Notes: generated by a model from the sequence alone, not told the origin. Shown: positions 21,373-32,000, counted from the first letter of the stretch. The stretch: 32,000 bases of DNA from Candidatus Saccharimonadota bacterium (GCF_016593155.1 NZ_AP023215.1:30001-62000), one strand, 5' to 3'. Made by a program: numbers and translations.

Positions 21373-21624
21373 TTAGTTTTTTGTTAAAATTAGTTAAAAA
21401 ATGTTTAAATTAGTTTTATTTATATATTTTAATTGAATAAATAAAAATCTAAATAAAAAAATATAAATTTTTTAATATAGCATAGATACTAGTAATTAAT
21501 AAAATTATAATTTTTTTATTAAAAACCAAAAATTTTATTTTTTTAAAAATTAAATTAGTACTATTAATTTTTAAAAATTTTATATAAAATATATTTTATA
21601 TTACTTTTATATAAGTTGTTAATT

Positions 21625-22977
21625 ATGTTTAAAAATCTTACTAAACGTTTATCTAATATTATTAAAAAAATGAGCGGGGAAGTGCGATTAACTAAAGATA
21701 ATACTGAAAATATGTTTCGTGAAATTCGTATTTCATTATTAGAGGCTGATGTATCCCTACCAATTATAAAAAAATTTATTTCTAATATTAAAAACAAATC
21801 TATGGGAAAAGAAATTTTATATTCTTTAACCCCTGGACAATCTTTAGTTAGTTTAATTCAATCTGAATTATCTCATATAATGGGGGCTCATCTAGATAAA
21901 AAACATTTTCAATTAAATCTTTTAACACAACCTCCTTCTGTAATATTAATAGTGGGTTTACAAGGTAGTGGTAAAACTACAAGTATTGGTAAATTATCAA
22001 AATATTTACAAAAAAATAAAAAAAAAATATTAACTGTTTCGACGGATATTTATCGCCCAGCCGCAATTAATCAGTTAAAAATAGTAACATTAGAATCTGG
22101 TTCTGATTTTTTTCCTAATATAACTAATAATCCGATTAATATTGTAAATTCCGCTTTAAAGCATGCTAAAATTCATAATTATGATGTTTTAATTATTGAT
22201 ACTCCAGGTCAAATAGGTATTAATAAAATAATGATAAATGAAATAAATTTAATCTATAAAATAGCAAAACCAGTTGAAACTTTATTAATAGTAGATTGTA
22301 TGTTGGGACAAGATGCTCTAAATCATGCAAAAATTTTTAATAATATGCTAACTCTTACTGGTATTATTCTCACTAAATTAGATGGGGATGCTCGCGGGGG
22401 AGCTGCCTTATCTATTCAATATATTATTAAAAAACCTATTAAATTTATTGGAACATCTGAAAAAATTTATGGATTAGAAAAATTTGATCCTATTCGTATG
22501 ACCAATCGTATTTTAGGTATGGGTGATATTTTATCATTAATTAATAGCGCTAAAGAAAATATTAATAAAATTTCTGCAAAAAAAATAGAAAATAAAATCA
22601 AGAATAAAGAAAAATTTGATCTTAATGATTTTAAAACACAATTAATACAAATGAAAAAAATGGGTGGATTAAATATGTTAATAGAAAAACTACCATATTA
22701 TATTCAACAAAAAACAAATAAATCCAATGTAAATGAAACCGAAAAAAAAATAAGAAGAATAGAGGGAATTATTAATTCAATGACTTTATATGAGCGTAAA
22801 AAACCATTCTCTATAAAATCAAAAAGGAAAAAACGTATAGCCGCTGGATCTGGTGTTAATGTACAAGAAATTAATCAAATGTTAATACAGTTTAAACAAA
22901 TGCAAAATATAATAAAAAAAATTAAAGGAAATAGTATTATGAAAATTATTCGTAATATAAAAAATTATATCAGTTAA
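21625..22977 (+). CDS. ffh: Signal recognition particle protein Ffh (SRP54)
   Basis: The ORF track starts at a TTG at 21616. The ATG at 21625 gives MFKNLTKRLS..., which aligns with E. coli MFDNLTDRLS. This yields 450 aa. GLQGSGKTT, DIYRPAA, TKLDGDARGGAALS and the M-domain RKKRIAAGSG are present. Motif III reads DTPGQ instead of DTAGR. Confidence 0.96.
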   Translation: MFKNLTKRLSNIIKKMSGEVRLTKDNTENMFREIRISLLEADVSLPIIKKFISNIKNKSMGKEILYSLTPGQSLVSLIQSELSHIMGAHLDKKHFQLNLLTQPPSVILIVGLQGSGKTTSIGKLSKYLQKNKKKILTVSTDIYRPAAINQLKIVTLESGSDFFPNITNNPINIVNSALKHAKIHNYDVLIIDTPGQIGINKIMINEINLIYKIAKPVETLLIVDCMLGQDALNHAKIFNNMLTLTGIILTKLDGDARGGAALSIQYIIKKPIKFIGTSEKIYGLEKFDPIRMTNRILGMGDILSLINSAKENINKISAKKIENKIKNKEKFDLNDFKTQLIQMKKMGGLNMLIEKLPYYIQQKTNKSNVNETEKKIRRIEGIINSMTLYERKKPFSIKSKRKKRIAAGSGVNVQEINQMLIQFKQMQNIIKKIKGNSIMKIIRNIKNYIS

Positions 22978-22998
22978 AATTTAAATTTTATAAAACTT

Positions 22999-24729
22999 TT
23001 ATCTTTTAAGTTTAGAGAATATAAATTTTAATATATCAGTTATTGGCACAAATATTGTTTTTTTATTTCTTCTTTCTTGGTATTCAACTTTTCCATTTTT
23101 TATAGTATTATCGCTTATTATAATTCTATGTGGAATACCAATTAATTCCCAGTCAGTAAATATTTTTCCTATTCTTTCTTTTCTATCATCTAGTATAACA
23201 TCAATATTTGCTTCTATTAATTTATTATATAAAGAATTTATTTTTTTCTTTATAATTTCATTATAATGATAACCAATAGGACATAATACTATTTCAAAAG
23301 GTGCTATTAATTGTGGCCAAATTATTCCATTATTATCAAAATTTTGTTCAATAACTGCACTCATAATACGTGTTATACCTATACCATAACAGCACATTTG
23401 AATTGATTTCAATTTTCCTTTTTTATCTAAATAAGAAGCCTTCATTTTATCTGAATATATTGTACCTAATTGAAAAATATGACCTATTTCAATTCCACGT
23501 TGAATTTTTAACAAGCCTTTACCATCTGGAGATAAGTCTCCTTCTACAACATTACGAATATCTTCTATCTCTGGCTTTGGTAAATCACGATCCCAATTAA
23601 CACCAGTATAATAAAAATTAATTTTATTTGTTCCGCACGCAAAATCATTCATAATAATTACACTATAATCAGCAATAATACGTATTTCTGGTTTAATATG
23701 AAATGGACCTAAGTAATTTGAAGATACACCAAATATATTAATAATTTCAGATTCAGAAGCAAAGCGATAATTTTGTAATCCATCTATTTTTCTTATTTTT
23801 ATATCATTTAATTGATGATCACTTCGTAATAATAATATACAAATTTTTCGAGTATATAAATTAAGGTTTATTATTAATACAATTGATCGAACTATCATTG
23901 ATAATGGAAATTTTAAAAAATTTATTATTTGCTTAAAAGTAAATTTATTTGATGGTATGGTAATTAATTTTAATTTTTTAGTAGGTTTATTATTTATATT
24001 TAAATTATACATGCTTTTTGCTGTTTCAATATTAGCGGCATAATTTGAATCTGGGCAATATGCAATTATATCTTCTCCTGTTTTTGATATAACATGAAAT
24101 TCATGCGAAATAGACCCGCCAATTTCTCCGTTATTAGCTTCTACTATACAAAATTTTAAATCAAATTTTTTAAAAATGCGTATATAAGTGTTATACATTT
24201 TTTGATATGAAAATTTCATGCTTTCTAAATCACAATCAAATGAATACGCATCTTTCATTATAAATTCTCTGCTACGAATTAAGCCAAATCGAGGACGAAT
24301 TTCATCACGAAATTTAGTTTGAATATGATAAAAATTAATTGGTAATTGTTTATAACTATGTATTTCATTGCAAATAATGTTTGTTATTACTTCTTCAGAA
24401 GTAGGTTGAATAATAAAATTACGATTATATCTATCTTTTACTTTTATAAAATCTAAATTTATTTTTTTATAACGACCACTTTTTTTCCATAATTCAATTG
24501 GCTGCATAATTGGCATTAATAACTCAATAGCACCAGAATTATTCATCTCCTTTCTAATAATTTCTTGAATTTTATGAATAACTCGTAAACCAATAGGCAT
24601 ATAAGCATAAATTCCGGAGCTAATTTGCTTAATCATTCCAGAACGTATCATTAGTTTATAACTAATTACATCACTATTTTCGGAGAAAGTTTCCTTGAGT
24701 GTGGAAATAAAAAAAATAGAAGCACGCAT
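22999..24729 (-). CDS. proS: Prolyl-tRNA synthetase (bacterial type with INS editing domain)
   Basis: 576 aa. The class II motif FRDEIRPRFGLIRSREFIMKDAYSF is present. The INS region ends in DFACGTNKINFYYTGVNWDRD, which aligns with E. coli ProRS. Confidence 0.96.
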   Translation of the reverse strand: MRASIFFISTLKETFSENSDVISYKLMIRSGMIKQISSGIYAYMPIGLRVIHKIQEIIRKEMNNSGAIELLMPIMQPIELWKKSGRYKKINLDFIKVKDRYNRNFIIQPTSEEVITNIICNEIHSYKQLPINFYHIQTKFRDEIRPRFGLIRSREFIMKDAYSFDCDLESMKFSYQKMYNTYIRIFKKFDLKFCIVEANNGEIGGSISHEFHVISKTGEDIIAYCPDSNYAANIETAKSMYNLNINNKPTKKLKLITIPSNKFTFKQIINFLKFPLSMIVRSIVLIINLNLYTRKICILLLRSDHQLNDIKIRKIDGLQNYRFASESEIINIFGVSSNYLGPFHIKPEIRIIADYSVIIMNDFACGTNKINFYYTGVNWDRDLPKPEIEDIRNVVEGDLSPDGKGLLKIQRGIEIGHIFQLGTIYSDKMKASYLDKKGKLKSIQMCCYGIGITRIMSAVIEQNFDNNGIIWPQLIAPFEIVLCPIGYHYNEIIKKKINSLYNKLIEANIDVILDDRKERIGKIFTDWELIGIPHRIIISDNTIKNGKVEYQERRNKKTIFVPITDILKFIFSKLKR

Positions 24730-24773
24730 ATTATTTTAAAAATATAATTTTGTTATATAACTTATTTTTTATA

Positions 24774-25805
<1,032 letters not shown>

Positions 25806-25856
25806 TTACTAAAAAATTTAATTTTAAATTAAAATTTAAATAAAATTAAAAACAAA

Positions 25857-26114
25857 TTAAATTTTTACTACCGTAACTAATTGTTGTTTTTTCTTACCAT
25901 GTTTTAAAAAAAATACTTTACCCTTAACTAAGGAGAATAAAGTATGATCTTTTCCAATTCCAACATTTTTTCCTGCATGTACTTTTGTTCCTCGTTGACG
26001 AAGAATAATATTCCCGGCATTAATTATTTGATTTCCATAAATTTTAATACCTAATCGCTTAGATTTCGAATCTCTTCCATTCCGAGTCGTTCCCCCTCCT
26101 TTTTTATGTGCCAT
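25857..26114 (-). CDS. rpmA: 50S ribosomal protein L27
   Basis: 85 aa. [24 protein letters not shown] matches L27. Confidence 0.98.
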   Translation of the reverse strand: MAHKKGGGTTRNGRDSKSKRLGIKIYGNQIINAGNIILRQRGTKVHAGKNVGIGKDHTLFSLVKGKVFFLKHGKKKQQLVTVVKI

Positions 26115-26139
26115 AAAAAAAACTCCTTAATATTCCTTT

Positions 26140-26466
26140 TTAATTTATTTTTTTATCATAATCTATAGAAATAATTTTTATTTCTGTATAATTTTGTCGA
26201 TGACCTTGATTTTTTCGATAATGTTTACGTCTTTTCATTTTAAAAATTTTAATTTTCTTAAAACGACTTTGTGCTAATACGATAGCTGAAATTGTAGCAT
26301 CAGAAACTAATGGTTTACCTAAAATGATATTTTTATCTGTATATATAGCAAGTATTTTATTTAAAATTATTTTTTCCCCAACATTTACAGATATTTTTTC
26401 TATTTTAAGTTTTTCATTATTGGTAACTTTATATTGTTTACCCCCGGTTTTTATTACCGCATACAT
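26140..26466 (-). CDS. rplU: 50S ribosomal protein L21
   Basis: 108 aa. MYAVIKTGGKQYKV and RRKHYRKNQGHRQNYTEI match L21. Confidence 0.97.
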   Translation of the reverse strand: MYAVIKTGGKQYKVTNNEKLKIEKISVNVGEKIILNKILAIYTDKNIILGKPLVSDATISAIVLAQSRFKKIKIFKMKRRKHYRKNQGHRQNYTEIKIISIDYDKKIN

Positions 26467-26533
26467 AAAAGAAAACCTTAATAGTTTGTAAAATTTTTTT
26501 AAAAATATATTATAATTTTATATAAAAAAAAAT

Positions 26534-26562
26534 TATTTTATATACATTTTTATTCTAAGTCA
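26534..26562 (-). promoter_or_regulatory. Candidate sigma70 promoter for rplU-rpmA-obg (TTGACT-N17-TAAAAT on minus strand)
   Basis: On the minus strand, TTGACT is the complement of 26557-26562, followed by a 17-nt spacer and TAAAAT (complement of 26534-26539). The -10 element lies about 67 nt upstream of the rplU ATG (26466) and just downstream of the accC stop. Confidence 0.45.
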
Positions 26563-26600
26563 AAAGTTCTTTTAGAAACAATAATACTTAAAAATGATTT

Positions 26601-27944
26601 TTAATTTTTAAATAATATCTTTTTTAAATAATTAATACTTATTTCACCTCTTATAAAATTATCATCTATCATTAATTTTTTATGTAAAGGAATATTAGTA
26701 TTTATTCCTTCGATGATTATTTCTGATAAAGCTATTTTCATTCGACAGATTGCCTGTTCACGAGTTAAGCCATAAGTAATTATTTTTCCAATCATTGAAT
26801 CATAAACAGATGGCACATAATAACCAGAATAAATATGAGAATCAATACGAATACCCGCTCCTCCAGGTGAATGCCAATTTTGAATACATCCAGATGATGG
26901 CATAAAACGAAATGGATCTTCAGCATTAATTCGACATTCAATTGCATGTCCTTTTAATATGATATCTTTTTGATTATATTCTAATCTTTTACCTGCGGCA
27001 ATACGAATCTGTTCTTTAATAATATCAACCCCAGTAATAAACTCTGTTACTGGATGCTCAACTTGTATACGAGTATTCATTTCTATAAAATAAAAGCTTC
27101 CATTTTCATATAAAAATTCAAATGTTCCTGCACTATAATAATTTATTTTTTTACAAGCATTAATACAAAGTTCAGCAATTTTTTCAATAATTTTTCTTGA
27201 AATTCCAGTTGCCGGAGCTTCTTCAATTAATTTTTGATGTCGTCTTTGCATTGAGCAATCTCGTTCACCAAGCCAAATTGCATTTTTATATTTATCACAT
27301 AAAATTTGTATCTCTATATGTCGCGGATTTTCTAAGTATTTTTCTATGTATACTTCAGAGTTACCAAATGTAGATTCAGCTTCTGATTTAGTAATATTAA
27401 CTGCATTCACTATATCATTTTCATTGTATATAACACGCATCCCCCTTCCTCCTGCCCCTCCACTGGATTTAATAATGATAGGATAACCAATAGTACGCGC
27501 AATATTTATAATTTCTTGTGGATTTTTGGATAATTTTTTATTAAATCCTGGAACACAAGGTATATTCATTTCAGTCATAATTTGTTTAGCTGATAATTTA
27601 TTACTCATCATACGTATAGAGCTAGAATGTGGTCCAATAAAAATAAAACCAGATTTTTCAGTACATTCCGCGAAATTAGAATTTTCAGATAAAAAACCAT
27701 ATCCAGGATGAATAGCTTCTGCATTAGTAATTTCTGCTGCACTAATAATTGCTGGTATATTCATATAACTAAATATGGGTTTATCTAAACCTATACATAC
27801 TGATTCATCAGCTAATTTAACGCATTTAGTATTGCGATCTATTTCTGAATGTACTATAACTGTTTTAATTCCCATTTCTTGACATGTACGCTGAATTCTT
27901 AAGGCAATTTCTCCGCGATTAGCAATAAGTATTTTTTTAAACAT
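26601..27944 (-). CDS. accC: Acetyl-CoA carboxylase, biotin carboxylase subunit
   Basis: 447 aa. [17 protein letters not shown], the ATP-grasp [10 protein letters not shown] motif and [14 protein letters not shown] are present. Confidence 0.97.
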   Translation of the reverse strand: MFKKILIANRGEIALRIQRTCQEMGIKTVIVHSEIDRNTKCVKLADESVCIGLDKPIFSYMNIPAIISAAEITNAEAIHPGYGFLSENSNFAECTEKSGFIFIGPHSSSIRMMSNKLSAKQIMTEMNIPCVPGFNKKLSKNPQEIINIARTIGYPIIIKSSGGAGGRGMRVIYNENDIVNAVNITKSEAESTFGNSEVYIEKYLENPRHIEIQILCDKYKNAIWLGERDCSMQRRHQKLIEEAPATGISRKIIEKIAELCINACKKINYYSAGTFEFLYENGSFYFIEMNTRIQVEHPVTEFITGVDIIKEQIRIAAGKRLEYNQKDIILKGHAIECRINAEDPFRFMPSSGCIQNWHSPGGAGIRIDSHIYSGYYVPSVYDSMIGKIITYGLTREQAICRMKIALSEIIIEGINTNIPLHKKLMIDDNFIRGEISINYLKKILFKN

Positions 27945-28016
27945 AAGTATTTATATTAGTATTAAGTATTTATATCTATGTAAATTTGTTATAAATTTTG
28001 ATTAAATGTTTTTATA

Positions 28017-28496
28017 TTAAATTAATTTTAAAATAAATAATGGTTGCCCGAATTCAACTGGTTGTTCATTTTCAACAAGAATTTTTTTAATAATTCCTTG
28101 CTTTTCTGAATTAATTTCATTTAATAATTTCATTGCCTCAATAATACATAATGTTGTTCCAATTTTAACTTCAGATCCAATTTCAACAAATGGAGAAGAA
28201 TTAGGAGCTGATGAATGATAAAAAGTTCCAACCATAGGTGATTTAATTATATATTTTTTGGAATCATTTATTGTTAATTTATCACTACTTAATACTGATA
28301 TATTTTTTTTTTCTGAGGTTATAGAATTACACTTTTGATCCGATAAATTTTTTGATTTCAACATTAATATTTTATCATGTAATTGTATAGATTCTTTAAT
28401 AATACGAATATAATTTTTTTCTTCTGTTACCTCTAATTCTTTAATATTAGATTTTGCCACAAGATCAATAAGAGATTTTAATTTTTTTAAATCCAT
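28017..28496 (-). CDS. accB: Acetyl-CoA carboxylase, biotin carboxyl carrier protein
   Basis: 159 aa. It has a C-terminal biotinyl domain with the EAMKLLNEI biotinylation motif and sits directly upstream of accC. Confidence 0.95.
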   Translation of the reverse strand: MDLKKLKSLIDLVAKSNIKELEVTEEKNYIRIIKESIQLHDKILMLKSKNLSDQKCNSITSEKKNISVLSSDKLTINDSKKYIIKSPMVGTFYHSSAPNSSPFVEIGSEVKIGTTLCIIEAMKLLNEINSEKQGIIKKILVENEQPVEFGQPLFILKLI

Positions 28497-28747
28497 TTCA
28501 AGTCCTAAATAATTTTATAAATTTTGAAATAAAAAAAATATATTTTAAAATAAAAATTAAATATTAATTTATTTTTTATAATTTTTCTTTAAATTTTATC
28601 TTCTAATTTTAAAGATTTTTGAAATATATTATTATTTTTTTTTATTATATGCATTTAAGGTATTTTTTAGATATGAATTTAAATTCCTATTGAGTCATAA
28701 ATAAAATTATAAATTTATATTTATTAAATAATTAATGGAAATAGATT

Positions 28748-30637
28748 ATGAATTTACTTTTTGAAAAATATAGCGCCTTTAAAGTTGGCACAATTTTTTC
28801 TCAGAATGGTAATTTTTATCAAGTTAAAATAATTTCTGGCCGACATATTAAGGTAAAAAATAGTGATATTTTACTACGATTTTCCACACCAAATCCAGAT
28901 CAATTAATTAAACAAGCAAAATTATTAGCTAATGAAATTGATCTTAATTTTTTATGGGAAATTGTTGGAACAAAAGAATTTTATTTTTTTGATTTAGGTA
29001 TAGAATACTTTGGGCATACTCCATTATCATATGAAGCGGCTAGTTTATTATTTTGCTTACATAATTCTCCTATTTATTTTTATAAAAAAGGAAAAGGACG
29101 TTATAAAGCAGTACCTGGAAAATTATTAAAAACAACTAAAATTAATTTAGAAAAAAAAAAATCACAAATAAAATTACAAAATGAATATATTAGTAAATTA
29201 AAGAACAAAGAAATACCAGATAAAATACAAAATTTGGCTCTACAATTATTATTTAAACCAGATAAAAATAGCATAGAATATAAAGCATTAAATATTGCTA
29301 GTAAGGCATTAAAAGTATCTCCGGAACGTTTAATAATTGATTGCGGTAGAATTAAATCAATTGAACAATTACATTATAAAAAATTTTTATTTCATTTTTT
29401 TCCAAAAGGTATTAAATTTCCAAATTTAATTATACCTAATTTACCAAAATTACCTGTAGCTAATAATATACGCGCATTTTCTATTGATGACGCTTCAACT
29501 ACTGAAATTGATGATGCATTATCAGTTGTTAAACTTTCATGCGGAAAAATTCAAATAGGCATACATATTTCTGCCCCAGGTTTATGTATAAAACGTAATG
29601 ATTTAATTGATAATTTTATACGAGAGCGTATGTCAAGCATATATACTCCTGGAAATAAAATAACTATGTTACCTAGTAATATAATTGATAAATTTAGTTT
29701 AAATGAAGGGAAAACTCGTGCCGCGTTATCTCTTTATTCAATATTAAATCCAATAGATTGGTCATTAGTTTCCACAAAAACTCGAGTAGAAATGATTTCT
29801 ATTGTATCTAATTTAAGAAATAATTATTTAAACTCATTAATTACAGAAGAAATATTAAATTCTGGTGAAGGTGAGTATCCACATAAAAACGATATTGCTA
29901 TATTATGGAAATGGGCAAAATCTCTTGAAAAAAAACGTATGATTAAACGAAAATCTTTTGGTTTAAAATCAAAAAAAAATGATAAAATTGATTTTAATTT
30001 TTCTGTTAAAAATAATATAGTAACTATTACTTCTTATAAAAGAGATACATCAATTAACAAAATTATATCAGAATTAATGATTTTTGCTAATAGCAATTGG
30101 GGTAAATTAATTTCTAATCACAATATTCCTGGCATTTATCGTGCACAAGGAGGATGCGAGTATACATCAAAAACACAAGTGCGTATGATAACGCATCCCG
30201 CTCCTCATCAAGAATTAGGTGTTAATCAATATACTTGGAGCACTTCACCATTAAGAAGATATGTAGATTTAGTTAATCAATGGCAAATATTAGCATGTAT
30301 AAAATATCAAAACATTTCATCTATAAAGGCGCCCTTTCAACCCGGTGATACAGATTTATTTGATATAATATTATCATTTGATAAATTAAATTCTAATTAT
30401 TCTTATTTTCAAAAAAAAATGGAACGTTATTGGTGTTTACGTTGGTTATTGCAAAATAAAATTAAATTAATTTACGCAACGGTAATTAAAAATGAAATTT
30501 TTCAATTATTAAATTTACCTTTAATTATTCGTTTACCTGGACAAAAATTAATACAAGGTACACAAGTGAAGTTGAATTTATTACATATAGATGAAATCAA
30601 TTTAACTATTGAGGTTAAATTATTAGAAATTTTATAA
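28748..30637 (+). CDS. RNase II-family (RNB domain) 3'-5' exoribonuclease
   Basis: 629 aa. RNB motif I is present as FSIDDASTTEIDDALSV, with the acidic catalytic cluster intact. HQELGVNQYTWSTSPLRRYVDLVNQ is also present. The domains flanking the RNB core are divergent, so the rnb versus rnr assignment is not resolved. Confidence 0.85.
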   Translation: MNLLFEKYSAFKVGTIFSQNGNFYQVKIISGRHIKVKNSDILLRFSTPNPDQLIKQAKLLANEIDLNFLWEIVGTKEFYFFDLGIEYFGHTPLSYEAASLLFCLHNSPIYFYKKGKGRYKAVPGKLLKTTKINLEKKKSQIKLQNEYISKLKNKEIPDKIQNLALQLLFKPDKNSIEYKALNIASKALKVSPERLIIDCGRIKSIEQLHYKKFLFHFFPKGIKFPNLIIPNLPKLPVANNIRAFSIDDASTTEIDDALSVVKLSCGKIQIGIHISAPGLCIKRNDLIDNFIRERMSSIYTPGNKITMLPSNIIDKFSLNEGKTRAALSLYSILNPIDWSLVSTKTRVEMISIVSNLRNNYLNSLITEEILNSGEGEYPHKNDIAILWKWAKSLEKKRMIKRKSFGLKSKKNDKIDFNFSVKNNIVTITSYKRDTSINKIISELMIFANSNWGKLISNHNIPGIYRAQGGCEYTSKTQVRMITHPAPHQELGVNQYTWSTSPLRRYVDLVNQWQILACIKYQNISSIKAPFQPGDTDLFDIILSFDKLNSNYSYFQKKMERYWCLRWLLQNKIKLIYATVIKNEIFQLLNLPLIIRLPGQKLIQGTQVKLNLLHIDEINLTIEVKLLEIL

Positions 30638-30739
30638 ACTTATTATAATAATTTTTAAAGTTAAAAATAAATTGCAAAATTATATTAAATAAATTAATAA
30701 AAATAATAAGATTAAAATATTTTTTAAAAATATATATTT

Positions 30740-32000
30740 ATGAATAAAATTCTTATTATTGCAGAAAAACCTTCTGTTGCATGTGATATTGCTAAAACAT
30801 TAGGTGGATTTACTAAATATGATGAATATTTTGAATCTGATTGTTATGTACTTTCATCGGCAATTGGTCATTTATTGAAAATTTCCGTTCCCAAGAAATA
30901 TCATACAAAATATAATAAGTGGACCTTTAAAAATTTACCAATAATTCCACCAAATTTTATTTTAAATCCAATTACTAAAACTAAATCTAGATTAAAATTA
31001 TTAAATTTTTTAATTAAACGTAAAGATATTGTTGAGTTAATTAATGCTTGTGATGCTGGACGAGAAGGAGAATTAATTTTTCGTATGATTATAAGTTATA
31101 CACATGCCACACAACCTATAAAACGATTATGGTTACAATCCATGACATCAAGCGCAATTCGAGATAGTTTTGCTAATCTTAAAAGAGATAGTGATATGCT
31201 TTTATTAGCAGATGCCGCTCGAAGTCGCAGTGAGGCTGATTGGTTAATAGGTATTAATGGAACGCGTGCTATGACTGCTTTTAATTCAAAAAATGGTGGA
31301 TTTTATTTAACAACCGTAGGAAGAGTGCAAACACCTACTTTATCAATTGTAGTTACTAGAGAAGAAAAAATAAAAAAATTTATACCTCGAAATTTTTGGG
31401 AAATAAATGCTACTTTCATTAGTTTTCATCCAGAAAATAATATGAAGATTATTTATAAAGGAAAATGGATAGACTATAAATACAAAAAAAATACTCTAGA
31501 TCTAGAAAAAAAACCTGAACGATTATGGAATAAATTAACAGCAGAATCAATTATATCTAATTGTATTAAAAAAAAAGGAATTGTTACTGGAAAACTTAAA
31601 TTAACTAAATTAAAAGCACCTCTTTTATTTAATTTAACTAGTTTACAGCGTGAAGCTAATTGTCGATTTGGTTTGTCAGCTAAAAATACTTTAAATTTAG
31701 CACAAAAACTTTATGAAAAATATAAAGTTATAACATATCCAAGAACTGATTCATGTTATTTACCAAGAGATTATGTCGATTATATTGAAAAAATTTTATT
31801 TTCACTATGTGATAATAAAAATTATCAAAAATTTACAAAAGAAATTTTGAATAAAAAATGGTATTTTATAAAAAATAAACGTATTTTTAATAATTCTAAA
31901 GTTAGTGATCATTTTGCAATTATTCCTACTACAATACCATTACCTAAAAAAATTTCAGATTTAGAAAATAAAATTTATGATTTAATTATGCGTCGTTTTA
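30740..32000 (+). CDS. topB: DNA topoisomerase III, 5' part (partial, continues beyond window; not in ORF track)
   Basis: Hand translation from the ATG at 30740 stays open to the window end (420 codons). It gives MNKILIIAEKPSVACDIAKTLGG (TOPRIM Glu), ACDAGREGELIF, RSEADWLIGINGTRA, GRVQTPTLS, ITYPRTDSCYLP (catalytic Tyr) and SDHFAIIPT. Type IA is certain. Topo III rather than Topo I is supported by resemblance to my recollection of B. subtilis TopB. Confidence 0.88.
   Translation, partial: MNKILIIAEKPSVACDIAKTLGGFTKYDEYFESDCYVLSSAIGHLLKISVPKKYHTKYNKWTFKNLPIIPPNFILNPITKTKSRLKLLNFLIKRKDIVELINACDAGREGELIFRMIISYTHATQPIKRLWLQSMTSSAIRDSFANLKRDSDMLLLADAARSRSEADWLIGINGTRAMTAFNSKNGGFYLTTVGRVQTPTLSIVVTREEKIKKFIPRNFWEINATFISFHPENNMKIIYKGKWIDYKYKKNTLDLEKKPERLWNKLTAESIISNCIKKKGIVTGKLKLTKLKAPLLFNLTSLQREANCRFGLSAKNTLNLAQKLYEKYKVITYPRTDSCYLPRDYVDYIEKILFSLCDNKNYQKFTKEILNKKWYFIKNKRIFNNSKVSDHFAIIPTTIPLPKKISDLENKIYDLIMRRF

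Noticed and set aside
21475-21496. Isolated GC-containing imperfect palindrome (TAGCATAGATACTA) in the 252-bp nrdA-ffh divergent region, considered as an NrdR box or operator
   Set aside because: Only about 10 of 14 positions are symmetric. It lacks the ACAC...GTGT arms of the NrdR-box consensus, and there is no second box at the usual ~31-bp spacing. It cannot be distinguished from chance.
22975-22990. Perfect 16-bp palindrome TAAAATTTAAATTTTA spanning the ffh stop, between convergent ffh and proS, considered as a terminator
   Set aside because: The stem would be A-T only and thermodynamically very weak, and perfect A/T palindromes are expected by chance at this base composition.
26563-26600. 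GTTCT...AGAAAC near-inverted repeat after accC, considered as the accBC terminator
   Set aside because: The arms do not pair cleanly (3-4 bp at best), and there is no adjacent U-tract on the minus strand.
28497-28747. 14-codon ORF (MHLRYFLDMNLNSY) and other tiny ORFs in the accB-RNase II divergent spacer
   Set aside because: There is no Shine-Dalgarno and conservation cannot be assessed. ORFs this short are expected by chance, and the region is better explained as divergent promoters.

Overview
This window is a core housekeeping region from a very AT-rich, compact bacterial genome (about 25-30% G+C by eye, not computed). Standard code 11 applies: TGA is a stop, as at the rplD end, and Trp is TGG. 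Positions 1-16559 hold one co-oriented plus-strand block of 31 genes covering the str, S10, spc and alpha ribosomal-protein clusters: the rpsG 3' end, fusA, rpsJ-rplC-rplD-rplW-rplB-rpsS-rplV-rpsC-rplP-rpmC-rpsQ, rplN-rplX-rplE-rpsN-rpsH-rplF-rplR-rpsE-rpmD-rplO-secY-infA-rpmJ, and rpsM-rpsK-rpsD-rpoA-rplQ. Downstream lie an adenosine-kinase-like PfkB kinase, nrdB-nrdA (minus), ffh (plus), proS, obg-rpmA-rplU and accC-accB (all minus), an RNase II-family exoribonuclease, and the 5' part of topB (plus). The secY-infA-rpmJ order, the Pseudomonas/betaproteobacterial-type NrdAB and the Bacillus/Bordetella-type TopB suggest a reduced betaproteobacterial (Burkholderiales-like) endosymbiont. This placement is an inference and needs a database search. 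Two short genes missing from the ORF track (rpmD, rpmJ) and two edge-truncated genes (rpsG, topB) were recovered by hand translation. I found no tRNA, rRNA, CRISPR array, transposase, integrase, phage gene, toxin-antitoxin pair or defence cassette, and no convincing undescribed multi-gene system. All intergenic spacers are short (at most about 250 bp) and low-complexity AT. The observations worth a second look are small departures in conserved machinery: Ffh carries DTPGQ in place of the SRP-GTPase DTAGR motif; NrdA has only one, degenerate ATP-cone; a GC-rich intrinsic terminator splits the alpha operon between rpsK and rpsD; tuf is absent from the fusA-rpsJ junction; and the rpsJ-rplC spacer is unusually long.
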